Assembly: GCA_021802965.1 (NCBI GenBank)
Contig: JAJZQZ010000003.1
Location: 1 to 42,356, forward strand
Direction: 5' to 3'
Source: Actinomycetes bacterium
GTDB taxonomy: Bacteria; Actinomycetota; Thermoleophilia; RBG-16-64-13
DNA: 42,356 bases
Shown: positions 25,838-36,126 of the stretch, piece after piece
Position numbering within the stretch: the first letter of the stretch is position 1
Layout of the letters: each line of letters starts with the position of its first letter
Translations under genes and position numbers: made by a program
Notes under the pieces: generated by a model
Databases searched by the model: none
Seen by the model: only the letters and a program-made list of their open reading frames with translations
What the model was told of the DNA's origin: nothing

Positions 25838-27508
25838 CTACATACTCTCGGGGGCGCTCACCCCGAGCAGGTCCAGCGCACGCGCGACCACGCGCTTGGT
25901 CACCAGGCAGAGGGCCAGACGCGCCGCGGAGACCTCGGGGTCGGAGCCGATCACCCGGCAGTTCTTGTAGAAGACGTGGAACGCGGCCGCGACCTCCTGC
26001 GCATATCCTGCCACCCGATGAGGGGCGCGCCGATCGGCCGCCTCGCGCACCAGGTCCGCGAACTCGTCGAGCTTCTTGATCAGGTCGCGCTCGTACACCG
26101 TGTCGAAGAGCTCCCCCGCCCCCACCGCCGGCTCCAGCTCGGCGGGCATGTTCCGCACGATGCTCGCTATCCGCGCGTGGGCGTACTGCACGTAGTAGAC
26201 CGGGTTCTCCTGGGACTGCCGGCGCGCCAGCGACAGGTCCAGGTCGAGGGTCTGGTCGTGGGACCGCATCACCAAGAAGAAACGGGCCGCGTCCACCCCG
26301 ATGGCGTCGATGAGCTCGCCCAGGGTCACCATCTCGCCCCGCCTGGTGGACATCTGGCGCGACTCGCCGGCCTCCAGAAGGTTGACCATCTGCCCGATGA
26401 TCAGCTCCAGCATGTCGGGGTCGTGGCTCATGATCTCCACGGCCGCCTTCATCCGCGGTACGTATCCGTGGTGGTCGGCTCCCCAGATGTTGATGAGGTG
26501 GCCATAGCCGCGGCCGAGCTTGTCTTGGTGGTAGGCCAGATCGGCGGCGAAGTACGTGGGGCGCTCATTGCTGCGGACGAGGACGCGGTCCTTGTCGTCG
26601 CCGTAGGGGGTGGTGCGCAGCCACACCGCTTCGTCGGCGTGGAATGCGTCGCCCGTCTCCAAGAGGTGGTCGATCGCGGCCTGGACCCGGCCCTCGGTGT
26701 GCAGCGGGGTCTCGCTGAACCAGCGATCGAAGGTGACCCGGAAGCGTTCGAGTTCGGCCCGCATCTGCTCGAGGACGAGCTGATAGCCGCGCACCCTGAA
26801 GAAGTCGACGGCCGGGGAGCCGGCGTCGTCCAAGCCTTGGTCGCGCAACTCGGCCACCCAGCGGTCGCCGACCTCCTCCCGCACCTCGGCCGCGATATCC
26901 TTCACGTACTCCCCTTGGTAGCCCTCCTCCGGTACTTCGAGATCGAGGCCGAAGGACTGGGCATAGCGCGCCGCGACGGACCGTCCGAACATCTCCATCT
27001 GACGACCGTAGTCATTGATGTAGAACTCGGTGGTCACCCTGTGGCCGCTGAAGCTCAGAAGACGGTCGAGAGAGTTCCCGTAGGCGGCGTACCGGGCATG
27101 GCCGACGTGGAGGGGCCCGTTGGGGTTGACGCTGACGTACTCGAGCAGGATGTCCAGAGGGTGCTCCCTGGCCCCCCGGCCCACCTCATCGGCCTGCTCC
27201 AGCATCACGCTCACCGACCGCGTGAACGCCTCGGGCCGCAGCCTGAAGTTCAGGAACCCGGGCCCCGCGATGTCGATCTCCCCGACCATGCCGGCCACTT
27301 CGGCGTCGGCCAGCAATCGCGCACGCGCCTCCTCCGCGAGAGCTCGGGGCGCCATGCGTGCGACCTTGGCCAGTTGCAGACAGAACGGGGTCGCGTAGTC
27401 GCCATGGTCGGACTCGGCCGGCCGCTCAATCACGACGGGAGGACCAGCCTCCCATCCCCGTTCGGCCACCCATTCGCCGATCACCCGTTGAACATGCGCA
27501 GCCAGCAC
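25838..27508 (-). CDS. argS: Arginine--tRNA ligase
   Basis: HGDYAT, AGPGFLNF, SVNPNGPLHVGH, YINDYGRQ, GADHHGY, MSTRRG, NPVYYVQYAHAR and GVSAPESM motifs. Confidence 0.97.
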   Translation of the reverse strand: MLAAHVQRVIGEWVAERGWEAGPPVVIERPAESDHGDYATPFCLQLAKVARMAPRALAEEARARLLADAEVAGMVGEIDIAGPGFLNFRLRPEAFTRSVSVMLEQADEVGRGAREHPLDILLEYVSVNPNGPLHVGHARYAAYGNSLDRLLSFSGHRVTTEFYINDYGRQMEMFGRSVAARYAQSFGLDLEVPEEGYQGEYVKDIAAEVREEVGDRWVAELRDQGLDDAGSPAVDFFRVRGYQLVLEQMRAELERFRVTFDRWFSETPLHTEGRVQAAIDHLLETGDAFHADEAVWLRTTPYGDDKDRVLVRSNERPTYFAADLAYHQDKLGRGYGHLINIWGADHHGYVPRMKAAVEIMSHDPDMLELIIGQMVNLLEAGESRQMSTRRGEMVTLGELIDAIGVDAARFFLVMRSHDQTLDLDLSLARRQSQENPVYYVQYAHARIASIVRNMPAELEPAVGAGELFDTVYERDLIKKLDEFADLVREAADRRAPHRVAGYAQEVAAAFHVFYKNCRVIGSDPEVSAARLALCLVTKRVVARALDLLGVSAPESM

Positions 27509-27512
27509 CGGC

Positions 27513-28580
27513 TCACTCCCTCTCCTCGTACATGTCGGCCACCCGCGCGGGCAGGCGGCAGGCGAACAACTCCTCCAACCGGCCTATGTCCTGCGGGGTG
27601 GCGATCGCGATCAACACGTCGCGTGCTTCGAGCACCACGTCGGGATCCGGGTTCGTGTCGAACACGCCCGTGCGGCCCCGGCGGATCGCCAGGACGGTGG
27701 CGCCCGTGCGATTGCGGATATCGAGCTCTTTGATCGAGCGCCCGACCACTTCGCACGTCTCGTTGAGCGACAGCTCCTCCAAGCGGAACTCGATCTCCCC
27801 CCCTCCGGTGACCACCTCGAGGTAGTCGCTGACGAGGGGTCTCATCATCAGAGTGGCCATCTTCTTGCCCCCGATGCTGTACGGCGAGAGGACCTCGTTG
27901 GCCCCGGCGCGCCGCAGCTTGCTCACAGATTCATCGGCCGTCGCCCGGGCCACGATGGAGAGGCCCGGGTTGAGAACCCGGGCTGAGAGCACCACGAAGA
28001 TGTTCTCAGCGTCGGAATCCACCGCCGCCACCAGCCCCCGGGCCCGGTCGATGCCGGCCTCCTTCAGCGTCTCGTCGTCAGAGGCGTTCCCCTCGACCCC
28101 GAGAAAGCCCAGCTCCTGCACGCGCGCGATGGTCTCCTCGTTGTTGTCGACGACCACGAAGCTTGCGCCCTGGGCGCGGAACTCCCACGCCACCGCTTCG
28201 CCGACCCGGCCGAAGCCACAGATGATGTAGTGCCCCCTCAGCTCGGCGACACGCCTGCGCATCGTACGCCTCCTGTACATTCCGGTCAGGGTACCGCTCA
28301 CCATGAACTCGATCATGCGGCTGAGCCCGTAGCCGATGAGGCTCACTCCACCGATGATCAGCAGTATCGTGAACAGCCTGCCTTCGGGCGAGAGCGTCCG
28401 CACCTCCCCGAAGCCTACCGTCGAGAGCGCGAGCACGGTCATGTAGAACGAATCGAGGACCGTCCACCCCTCGATGACCACGTAACCGACGGTGCCCACG
28501 ACGAGGACCGCGAGAACGCCGATGAGCAGCACGGCGATCGTGCGCGTGTCCAGACCCTCAGTGCCGTTGGCCGCCGGCAT
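27513..28580 (-). CDS. Potassium channel protein (2TM pore + TrkA-N/TrkA-C RCK domains)
   Basis: Selectivity filter STVGFGE, HYIICGFGRVG, and a TrkA-C segment (GRSIKELDIR...NPDPD). Confidence 0.93.
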   Translation of the reverse strand: MPAANGTEGLDTRTIAVLLIGVLAVLVVGTVGYVVIEGWTVLDSFYMTVLALSTVGFGEVRTLSPEGRLFTILLIIGGVSLIGYGLSRMIEFMVSGTLTGMYRRRTMRRRVAELRGHYIICGFGRVGEAVAWEFRAQGASFVVVDNNEETIARVQELGFLGVEGNASDDETLKEAGIDRARGLVAAVDSDAENIFVVLSARVLNPGLSIVARATADESVSKLRRAGANEVLSPYSIGGKKMATLMMRPLVSDYLEVVTGGGEIEFRLEELSLNETCEVVGRSIKELDIRNRTGATVLAIRRGRTGVFDTNPDPDVVLEARDVLIAIATPQDIGRLEELFACRLPARVADMYEERE

Positions 28581-28625
28581 ATGCTCCTTCCGCCCCCGAC
28601 ACGGTCAGAGCCGGCAGGGACACGA

Positions 28626-29087
28626 TCAGTGGTGGTACGGTTCCCCTCGCTCGATGCGCACGGCCCGATACAGCTGCTCCAGAACGACGCACCGCGCGAG
28701 TTGATGCGGGAAGGTCAGCTTCGACAGAGACCAAACCAGGTCCGCCGTATCGAGCAGCCGCCCATCGAGGCCCAGAGCGCCCCCTAGTATAAACTGGAAG
28801 CCGCTCCGGCCATGGAGCTTCTGCTCGGCCATCCTCGCGCTCAGCGATTCCGAATCGAATTCCATGCCCGTCCGATCGAGGACCACGGTGTATTCGCCCG
28901 GGCGCACCTGGCGCCTGATCGCATCGGCCTCGAGCGCTTTGACGCGCTCCTCCCCTTGCCCAAGCGGTACCTCGGCCACCTCGCGCACCTCGAGGTTCGC
29001 GTAGGGACGAAGCAGCTGCGCGTAGTGGGCCGCGACCGGGGCGTAGGCCCGGCTCAAGCGGCCGACGCAGACGAGGGTCAGGCGCAC
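28626..29087 (-). CDS. rlmH: 23S rRNA (pseudouridine1915-N3)-methyltransferase
   Basis: FILGGALG and SLSKLTFPHQLAR...EQLYRA..I.RGEPYHH motifs. Confidence 0.96.
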   Translation of the reverse strand: MRLTLVCVGRLSRAYAPVAAHYAQLLRPYANLEVREVAEVPLGQGEERVKALEADAIRRQVRPGEYTVVLDRTGMEFDSESLSARMAEQKLHGRSGFQFILGGALGLDGRLLDTADLVWSLSKLTFPHQLARCVVLEQLYRAVRIERGEPYHH

Positions 29088-29159
29088 GGACGGGACAGCC
29101 GACGCATCACGCCGCTCAACGCGTTCTGGCGGTCAAGGCTTCGACCGTTGAGCACCCTG

Positions 29160-29861
29160 CTAGAGGAAGGGCAGGTCTCCGACGCCCTCCTCCTCATCCT
29201 CGAGCTTCCGCTTGCGCTTCATCGTGGTGAATGCGTGGTCCTTCGCGATGGTGGGCATGTTCCGCCAGAGGCATATGTCGCTCTTGAGGTAGCGCGCCTT
29301 GATCTCGTCGGTGCAGCGGATGGTGCAGGTGAGGCAGATCTCCTCCTCGACTTGGATCTTCTCCCGCCGAGGACGCTCGCCTTCGTCGAGACGCCGGGAA
29401 GCCTCGAGCAAGAGAGCCTGAACGTCGATGGACGGCGTGATGGGAAAGTGGAACACCCGATCCGGGATCACGAACTTGAAGGTGCCGGCCGTCCAGTTCG
29501 AGAGCTGGAGGGCCTGATCGTGGGTCTGCCGGTTGACGATCTCCTGCAGGGTCTTGCGGTCGGTGTATCCCCGCTTGAGCAGCATCACGCCGAGGGGTTC
29601 CTTGTTCTCGTCGTGGACGTAGCTGAGCAGACACTCGTTCAGCTGCTCATCTGACAGGATACCGGCGGCGACGAGGCGGTTCCCGAGAAGGTCGTCGGAG
29701 AGCGGCAAGGAGATCGCGTCCACCTTGCCGTCGGTCATATAGATGTAGCCGTATTCCTCGAAGTCCTGGATCTCCAGCACCCCGCTCTTGCGATACGTCG
29801 CCAAGAACTGAAGGATGCTGAATATCGAGAAATCCTGGATTCTGCCCCACAGGATCATCAC
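29160..29861 (-). CDS. DUF4388 domain protein with C-terminal Cys cluster
   Basis: GRIQDFSIFSILQFL...KSGVL, LGNRLV..G, LGVMLLKRG, WTAGTFKF and LLLEASRRLDE motifs; tail CLTCTIRC...C. Confidence 0.82.
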   Translation of the reverse strand: MMILWGRIQDFSIFSILQFLATYRKSGVLEIQDFEEYGYIYMTDGKVDAISLPLSDDLLGNRLVAAGILSDEQLNECLLSYVHDENKEPLGVMLLKRGYTDRKTLQEIVNRQTHDQALQLSNWTAGTFKFVIPDRVFHFPITPSIDVQALLLEASRRLDEGERPRREKIQVEEEICLTCTIRCTDEIKARYLKSDICLWRNMPTIAKDHAFTTMKRKRKLEDEEEGVGDLPFL

Positions 29862-29936
29862 ATCACCCCGAAACGGTATGTCGGCACGACGCGGGCCCGA
29901 GTTGAGCACATAGCCCGAAGGCTCGTGCGGCGACGA

Positions 29937-30590
29937 CTACCGGCGGGTCTCGCTCCGCTCCGACATCGCCGGGCCGGGCTTCTTGAACACGTGCCGACCC
30001 TCGGAGTGATATCCGTCGGCTGCTTCGTCCTCCGACCCCTCTCCATTGGAACGGTCGCCCGGGGAGTCGGGTTCGGAGACAAGATCGGCCAGGGAGCGGG
30101 CCTCTCCAAAACCCGAAAAAGTGGCCGACGGGGGAGCTGCCGGCTCCGCAGGCGCCAGCACCGCGATAGGTTCATGGGTCTCGGGCTCGAGAGAGACCTC
30201 GGGCTGCCGATCGGCCGGGGAGGTGAAGAAGACCTCCTCGGTCTCAAGGGACTCTCGTGCAGCCTCCTCCGGGTGGGCCGACGCGGCCGCCAGGGAAGCC
30301 CGAAGATCGGCGTCCTCTCCGCCTTGGGGCCAAGGCGCCTCGCGCGCCTCAGCATGGTCGGGCTCCATCGCTCCGAACGCGGCCGACCTCCGTCCACGCT
30401 TCTGCACGGGAGGATGAACGAGCTGCCAGCCCACGGCCAGGAAGACGTAGGCGAAGACCGCGAACACGCCCGCAAGGACGAGCAGGCTGGTACTGAAAGT
30501 GGAGAAGAAGGGGAGAAGGACGAGCATAGCGATGACGCCGAAGAGCGCGCCCACCAAGAGCGCGGCCCCGCCCAGCACACGAAAGATCAT
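29937..30590 (-). CDS. Hypothetical membrane protein (2 N-terminal TM, acidic disordered tail)
   Basis: Two hydrophobic segments followed by an E/A/P/S-rich region; same strand as its neighbours. Confidence 0.6.
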   Translation of the reverse strand: MIFRVLGGAALLVGALFGVIAMLVLLPFFSTFSTSLLVLAGVFAVFAYVFLAVGWQLVHPPVQKRGRRSAAFGAMEPDHAEAREAPWPQGGEDADLRASLAAASAHPEEAARESLETEEVFFTSPADRQPEVSLEPETHEPIAVLAPAEPAAPPSATFSGFGEARSLADLVSEPDSPGDRSNGEGSEDEAADGYHSEGRHVFKKPGPAMSERSETRR

Positions 30591-30714
30591 GCATGCACCT
30601 CTAGAAGTATCCGGAACCAGACCCGCGAGTCGAATCGCCTTACCCCGCCGCAGCGACAGGAAAGTCTAGTGAACATCGGCGGGCTTTACAAGTGACAAGC
30701 GTAGCGAGGCGGAC

Positions 30715-30990
30715 TCAGCCGAGGCCCTTGGCCGCCCGCGCGGCTTCCAGCTGAGACAGGACCTCTTCGTCGGTCGAGGTCTGCTCGATGATCTCGCGGA
30801 ACTCGTCCACGGAGAGACCCATGTGGGCAAGCAGGACACGGTCTCTAGAGCACGGGTGCACATAGGTGCCCGGGTCGCCGTGGTAGGTCGCTCGGGCCTT
30901 GTCGATCATGCGGGGCAGCCAGGCCCAACCGCCCAATGCGAGATCACCCGGCCGCGGAGAGCGCGCACGTAGGTCGTACATGATATCCAT
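30715..30990 (-). CDS. DUF5069-like small protein
   Basis: DL...SPR....LGG..WLPRMIDKARA...G..G.Y..PC..D..LL motif. Confidence 0.8.
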   Translation of the reverse strand: MDIMYDLRARSPRPGDLALGGWAWLPRMIDKARATYHGDPGTYVHPCSRDRVLLAHMGLSVDEFREIIEQTSTDEEVLSQLEAARAAKGLG

Positions 30991-31007
30991 TGCACAAGCA
31001 TACACCC

Positions 31008-33410
31008 TCATGCGCCGAGCGCGAAGAGCAGGGCCTTCTCTACCTCCAGCAAATGGTCGCTTTCGGTCAACTTCTCCCCTCTCGAGTCGGCCACGTAGAA
31101 GACGTCCACGACGCGGCCTCTCTGGGTCGACACCTTGGCCAGACGCACCTCGAGATGGAGGTCGTCCATGGTGCGCGCCAGGGTGTAGAGGAGGCCGATA
31201 CGGTCGGCGGCATGCACCTCTATGACGGTGAGGGTGTCGGAGACGCCGTTCTCGACGACCACGCGAGGCGGCTCGGTCCGTTCGGCTGATCCCGGGCGCG
31301 CATAACGCGCCGCTTTCTCGGCCAGCCGGTAGTCCAGCGAGATCCGCCCTTCGAGCGCGCGATGGATATCGTCTCGCACCGCTTCCCAGCGCTCCTCGGG
31401 GATGGTTCCGCCGAACTGGTCGGCCACCAGGAATACCCGCGCGACCAGGCCTTCTTCCACCGGCTGCACCTGCGCGCTCAGGATGTTAACCCCGTGATAT
31501 GCCAGCACCCCCGACAAACGGGCGAGCAGTCCGGGGTGAGAAGCGGAGACGACAGACATCTCGTCGACCCCGGCGAGGCGTCCCGGCTGCACCTCCAGGG
31601 TCAACCCGCGCGATGACAGACCCATGGGTATGCGCATGAAGAGGACCGGCCGGGGATCGGCCGCCGGAAGGGACGCCTCGTCCGGCGCCGGTACCGCTTC
31701 GGCATCGCCCAGAGCATCCAACACCTTGAAGAAGAGCTCCCGAACGAGCGCCCCGCTCCACGGGGTCCACACAGCCGGACCGGTCGACATGGAGTCGACC
31801 ACCGTCAACACATACAGCATGACCAGCCGGTCACGGGAGCTGATAACCTCGGCCAGCCGGGCGACCAGGGCAGGGTCGTCCAAGTCCCTGCGGGCGGCGG
31901 TCTCCGCGAGGAGCAGGTGCTCGCGAACCAGGAAGGCCGTGGTCCGCTGATCCTCCTCGCTCTCGCCGAGCGCGGCGACGGCACGCCGAGCCAGGCGGGC
32001 GCCCGAGCGAGTGTGGTCCTCGGGGGCGACACCCTTGGCGAGATCGTGCAAGAGACAGGCGAGGATGAAGCAGGGCCAGTCGTCGGAGGTCGCCAGCTCG
32101 CGGGCGAGCGAGACAGCGAGCGGATCGATCGCGCTATCCGTCCCCTCTCCTTCGCCGACCACCCTGGGCTCAAGGTCGCCGTGCGCCAGGTCCGCCGCCG
32201 CCGTAGCGCAGCGCAAAGAGTGGCCGTCGACCGTGTAGGTGTGCAGGCTGTCGCGCTGGCCGAGCGAGCGGATGTCTTCCCAGCCCGGGATCCATTCGGA
32301 GAGCACACCACGGTGCGATAGGCGCTCGAGCCGGGGAAGCGCGACGCTGCCCTCCGTGATCAACGCCACGAGGAACCGGCGCCGTTCCTCCGGCGACTCG
32401 GGCATGGACTCCGTCGGAGAGACGCCGCGTCCAGCCAGGCCACCCTCGGCCAGAGCCGCCGTCCACACGTCCTCGGACAGGATGCTGACAGACTGGGCGG
32501 CCTCGGCGACGGCGCGCATCACCGCGGGAACCGTGGCTCCGCCGGGCGGCGACGCCACCGGTGAAGCCGAGGCGAGCAGGGCGGCCACGTCTTCCTGATA
32601 GTCCAGGTATAGGCGATCGACCTTGCGCCCCACAGCGTAGTGCAACGAGGTCCGCGTGCGCAGAAGGCGGTCGGCGGCGGCCTCGAGCTCAGCGAGGGCC
32701 GACGGCGGCAACCACCCGGTCGACATGAGGCCGTCGAACCCGGTGACCGAGCGGAGGGCGAAGGCCAGCCAAAAAGCCTCGTGGATGTCGCGCAGGCCTC
32801 CGCGCCCATCCTTCAGGTCGGGCTCCAACAAGGCGCCCGCCGGACCGCAGACCGCGTGCCGTGTCTCCCGTGCCCGCAGCAGCCGCTGCACGAAGCCGGC
32901 CCCACCGTCTGACAGCAATCGAGTCCGGAGCCGGACGATCAGTTCCCGGAAAAGGTCCTGGTCGCCGACCAGGAGGCGCGCCTGACAGAAGGAGGTCTCC
33001 AGCTCGAGGTTCTCCTCGGCGACAGCCAGGCATTCGTCGACCGTGCGTGCCCCGTGTCCCAGCTCCAAGCCGGCGTCCCACAGCGGATAGAACAGCACCT
33101 CCGCGGTCTCCTGCACCCGGGAGGTGTCTTCGGTCCGGTAGAGCAGCATGAGGTCGATGTCGGAGAAAGGGCAGAGCTCGCGACGCCCGTATCCCCCCAC
33201 AGCCACGACGGCGAGCCCCCGTTCTCGGTACGGACTGACGGCGGACACCTGGTGCTCGGCTTGACGGAACAGCGAGATCAGAGCCAAGTCGACGAGATCC
33301 GCCCGCCGTCGCGCCAGCTCCCGGCCTCCCGCGCCGGCCATATGCAGCTGACGCAGCTCGTCACGCGCCTGACGCAAGAACGCGGCGGGCTCCTGGCCGG
33401 GCAGGATCAT
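31008..33410 (-). CDS. glnD: PII uridylyl/adenylyl-transferase (NTase, HD, 2 ACT)
   Basis: AVGGYGRREL.PFSDIDL, YPLWD, EPDLKDGRGGLRD, HTYTVDGH, LLHDLAKG and DRIGLLY...DVFYV motifs; directly downstream of the PII gene. Confidence 0.95.
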   Translation of the reverse strand: MILPGQEPAAFLRQARDELRQLHMAGAGGRELARRRADLVDLALISLFRQAEHQVSAVSPYRERGLAVVAVGGYGRRELCPFSDIDLMLLYRTEDTSRVQETAEVLFYPLWDAGLELGHGARTVDECLAVAEENLELETSFCQARLLVGDQDLFRELIVRLRTRLLSDGGAGFVQRLLRARETRHAVCGPAGALLEPDLKDGRGGLRDIHEAFWLAFALRSVTGFDGLMSTGWLPPSALAELEAAADRLLRTRTSLHYAVGRKVDRLYLDYQEDVAALLASASPVASPPGGATVPAVMRAVAEAAQSVSILSEDVWTAALAEGGLAGRGVSPTESMPESPEERRRFLVALITEGSVALPRLERLSHRGVLSEWIPGWEDIRSLGQRDSLHTYTVDGHSLRCATAAADLAHGDLEPRVVGEGEGTDSAIDPLAVSLARELATSDDWPCFILACLLHDLAKGVAPEDHTRSGARLARRAVAALGESEEDQRTTAFLVREHLLLAETAARRDLDDPALVARLAEVISSRDRLVMLYVLTVVDSMSTGPAVWTPWSGALVRELFFKVLDALGDAEAVPAPDEASLPAADPRPVLFMRIPMGLSSRGLTLEVQPGRLAGVDEMSVVSASHPGLLARLSGVLAYHGVNILSAQVQPVEEGLVARVFLVADQFGGTIPEERWEAVRDDIHRALEGRISLDYRLAEKAARYARPGSAERTEPPRVVVENGVSDTLTVIEVHAADRIGLLYTLARTMDDLHLEVRLAKVSTQRGRVVDVFYVADSRGEKLTESDHLLEVEKALLFALGA

Positions 33411-33505
33411 GCCAGCAGGCCGAGGCTTCGAATCTTCGACAACCTCTCAGTCAGCCCGCGACGACTAGACACTGGCGGAAGCGGGAACCGAGGACGCGAA
33501 GGCCA

Positions 33506-34024
<519 letters not shown>

Positions 34025-34564
34025 TCAGCGCCCGGTCTGCCCGCTCTCCGCTCGAGCCTTGATCCCCAGCAGCCGGCTGCGAACTGGGAGAAAGTCGACG
34101 AGCTCCCGGAACAGCTTCGCCGGAAGCCCGGCGAGGGTGTCTTCGCCCGCGGAGCGCCTCCGCTCGAGCAGCCTCGTCCGCCCGTCGGGGAGTGACTCGA
34201 GGAAGAAGACCCAGGTGTCCGCCACCGCCTTGTCCGGCGCCCCGGGCGGGAGAGCCGACGCCAACAGCAGGCAACGGCCGACATCCGAGCGCATCACCTG
34301 CCACTGACGGCCACCCCCTCGGGCCCGTCCGGGCGGGGTGCGCTGCATGATCAGCGGCCAGACGCGCTCGGCCGGGGCATCGATCGTGACTCCGCGGGTC
34401 GCCGACATCCCTCTCGCGTGTGGGACGAGCTCGTCGCCAGGGAGGGCGCGCGCCGATTCATCGGCGGTCGCGCCCCAGGCCAGCAGCCGGGTCCGGCCCC
34501 ATTGCAGATATGCCAGCGACGCGGCCGTGATCAGGGTGGAGACACGCAGGATCTTGGTCCTCAT
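34025..34564 (-). CDS. SRPBCC-like hypothetical protein (WGAT..E....PGD family), apparently internally shortened
   Basis: WGATADESARALPGDELVP, TRGVTIDAPAERVWP, TWVFFL..DGRTRL and LGIKARAE motifs. TATCAT -10 box 6 nt before the ATG (leaderless). Confidence 0.72.
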   Translation of the reverse strand: MRTKILRVSTLITAASLAYLQWGRTRLLAWGATADESARALPGDELVPHARGMSATRGVTIDAPAERVWPLIMQRTPPGRARGGGRQWQVMRSDVGRCLLLASALPPGAPDKAVADTWVFFLESLPDGRTRLLERRRSAGEDTLAGLPAKLFRELVDFLPVRSRLLGIKARAESGQTGR

Positions 34565-34626
34565 TCCTCTATGATATCCGACCACCGAAAAGCCGGTCGC
34601 GCGGCGCATGGTAACGTACGCTCGTC

Positions 34627-36126
34627 ATGTTTATCGACTGGCTCCGCAGAAAAACCCTGTCCGCACTCCCAGTCGCCGTCGTGCTCGTCCTGGCGATCGG
34701 CGGGAGCGCCAGTGCGGGCGTCCCCCGGGTGCCGCCCGAAGCGGCCTGGGTGCGGCCCGCGCCCACAGTGCGCCACGGGCCCAAGGACCACCCCCGCATC
34801 GCCCTCACCTTCGACGACAACTATCAGAAGCCGCAGGCCTTCGCCACCCTCCGCGTGCTCAAGGCCATGGGCGTCCCGGCGACCATGTTCGTGATCGGAC
34901 ACTACGCCGACCTCGGCCCCAAGCTGGCGAAGCAGCTGGCGAAGGACGGCTTCGAGATAGGCGACCACACGCGCAGCCACGCGAATTCCCCCACCCTGTC
35001 CTGGCGGGCGTTGAAGATCGAGATCGGGAACGGCACCCGCACCTTCGAGAAGATCACAGGAGCACCGACGGCTCCACTGTTCCGCCCTCCGGGCGGCTTC
35101 ACGAACGATTACGTCGCCACCGCCGCGGCGGCTCAGGGATTCCGCTACGTCGTCCTCTGGGATATCGACCCACAGGATTGGAGGGGCGCGTCGGCCGCCG
35201 CCATACGGGACACCGTTTTCGGGAACGCCCACAACGGGGCGATCGTGCTCCTGCACATGGCGGCGCCGCACACCGCCGAGGCCCTCCCCGCCATCGTCGA
35301 CGGACTCCGGGCCCGTGGCTACGAGCTCGTCACGGTGACGGACCTCCTGAAGGGCGACCGGCAGTTCGCCGATGTCGACCCCAAGACCGCCGAGGGGAAG
35401 AACATCTTGGACATGGTCGCCGCCGGCTACCTGTCGGGGGTGGACGGCGACTACTTCGCCCCGTACGACCACCTGACCCGCACGCAACTGGCCCGGGCCG
35501 TCCTTGCCGCCGCGGGCCTCCACTCGGCCGCTCCCCCCGGTGACGGATCCCCCACGGATTACCCCGCGGCCGCGACGGCAGCCGGCCTGCTGCCGGCGGC
35601 GGCGACCCCAAAGGACGCCGACTCCTCCCTCGTGACCCGCTTGGACCTCGCCCGCGCGGTCGCGCGACTCGCCATGAGCAAGGGATACGACGGCGAGAAA
35701 AGCCGCCGCGGAAAGAGCGGCGGCGACTTCACCGACGTTCCCGCCGACGCGCGCGCGGACGTCGACCTCGCCGTCGCGTCCGGACTGATGCGGCCCTCCG
35801 GCGGCGGGCTGTTCGGAGCCGACACCCCGGCCCAGCGTCGTCAGCTCGCCGCGATCCTCGTGCGCTTCGTGGCTCTCCCGATCGCGGGGCCGTCGCGTCT
35901 GCCCACCTCCACGACAGCGGCTCTGGCGGACCGCACCCCCTCTACAGGCTCCACGACGGCCAGTCGCGGATCTAACGGGTTCTCGCTCACCCCGGTCCTG
36001 CTGGTGGTGGGTGGTATGCTCCTGGCAGGTTCGCTCGCAGGCCTGCGGCTCCGCACGCTCGCGGTGCGCAGGAGAAGCCGAGGCCCGGGCCCGCGCTCGT
36101 CTTCGCGAAGAGGGAGGCACTCATGA
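34627..36126 (+). CDS. Secreted polysaccharide deacetylase (CE4/NodB) with SLH-like repeats and C-terminal TM anchor
   Basis: Signal peptide; IALTFDD, IGDHTRSH, LFRPPGG, WDIDPQDW and GAIVLLH motifs; SLH-like FADV...GYLSG...FAP...TRTQLA and FTDV...GLM...F....AQRRQLA; hydrophobic C-terminus with basic tail. Confidence 0.88.
   Translation: MFIDWLRRKTLSALPVAVVLVLAIGGSASAGVPRVPPEAAWVRPAPTVRHGPKDHPRIALTFDDNYQKPQAFATLRVLKAMGVPATMFVIGHYADLGPKLAKQLAKDGFEIGDHTRSHANSPTLSWRALKIEIGNGTRTFEKITGAPTAPLFRPPGGFTNDYVATAAAAQGFRYVVLWDIDPQDWRGASAAAIRDTVFGNAHNGAIVLLHMAAPHTAEALPAIVDGLRARGYELVTVTDLLKGDRQFADVDPKTAEGKNILDMVAAGYLSGVDGDYFAPYDHLTRTQLARAVLAAAGLHSAAPPGDGSPTDYPAAATAAGLLPAAATPKDADSSLVTRLDLARAVARLAMSKGYDGEKSRRGKSGGDFTDVPADARADVDLAVASGLMRPSGGGLFGADTPAQRRQLAAILVRFVALPIAGPSRLPTSTTAALADRTPSTGSTTASRGSNGFSLTPVLLVVGGMLLAGSLAGLRLRTLAVRRRSRGPGPRSSSRRGRHS

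Noticed and set aside
29114-29153. Inverted repeat GCTCAAC...GTTGAGC between the DUF4388 gene and rlmH
   Set aside because: The stem is interrupted and has no U-tract; I cannot distinguish a terminator from chance pairing.
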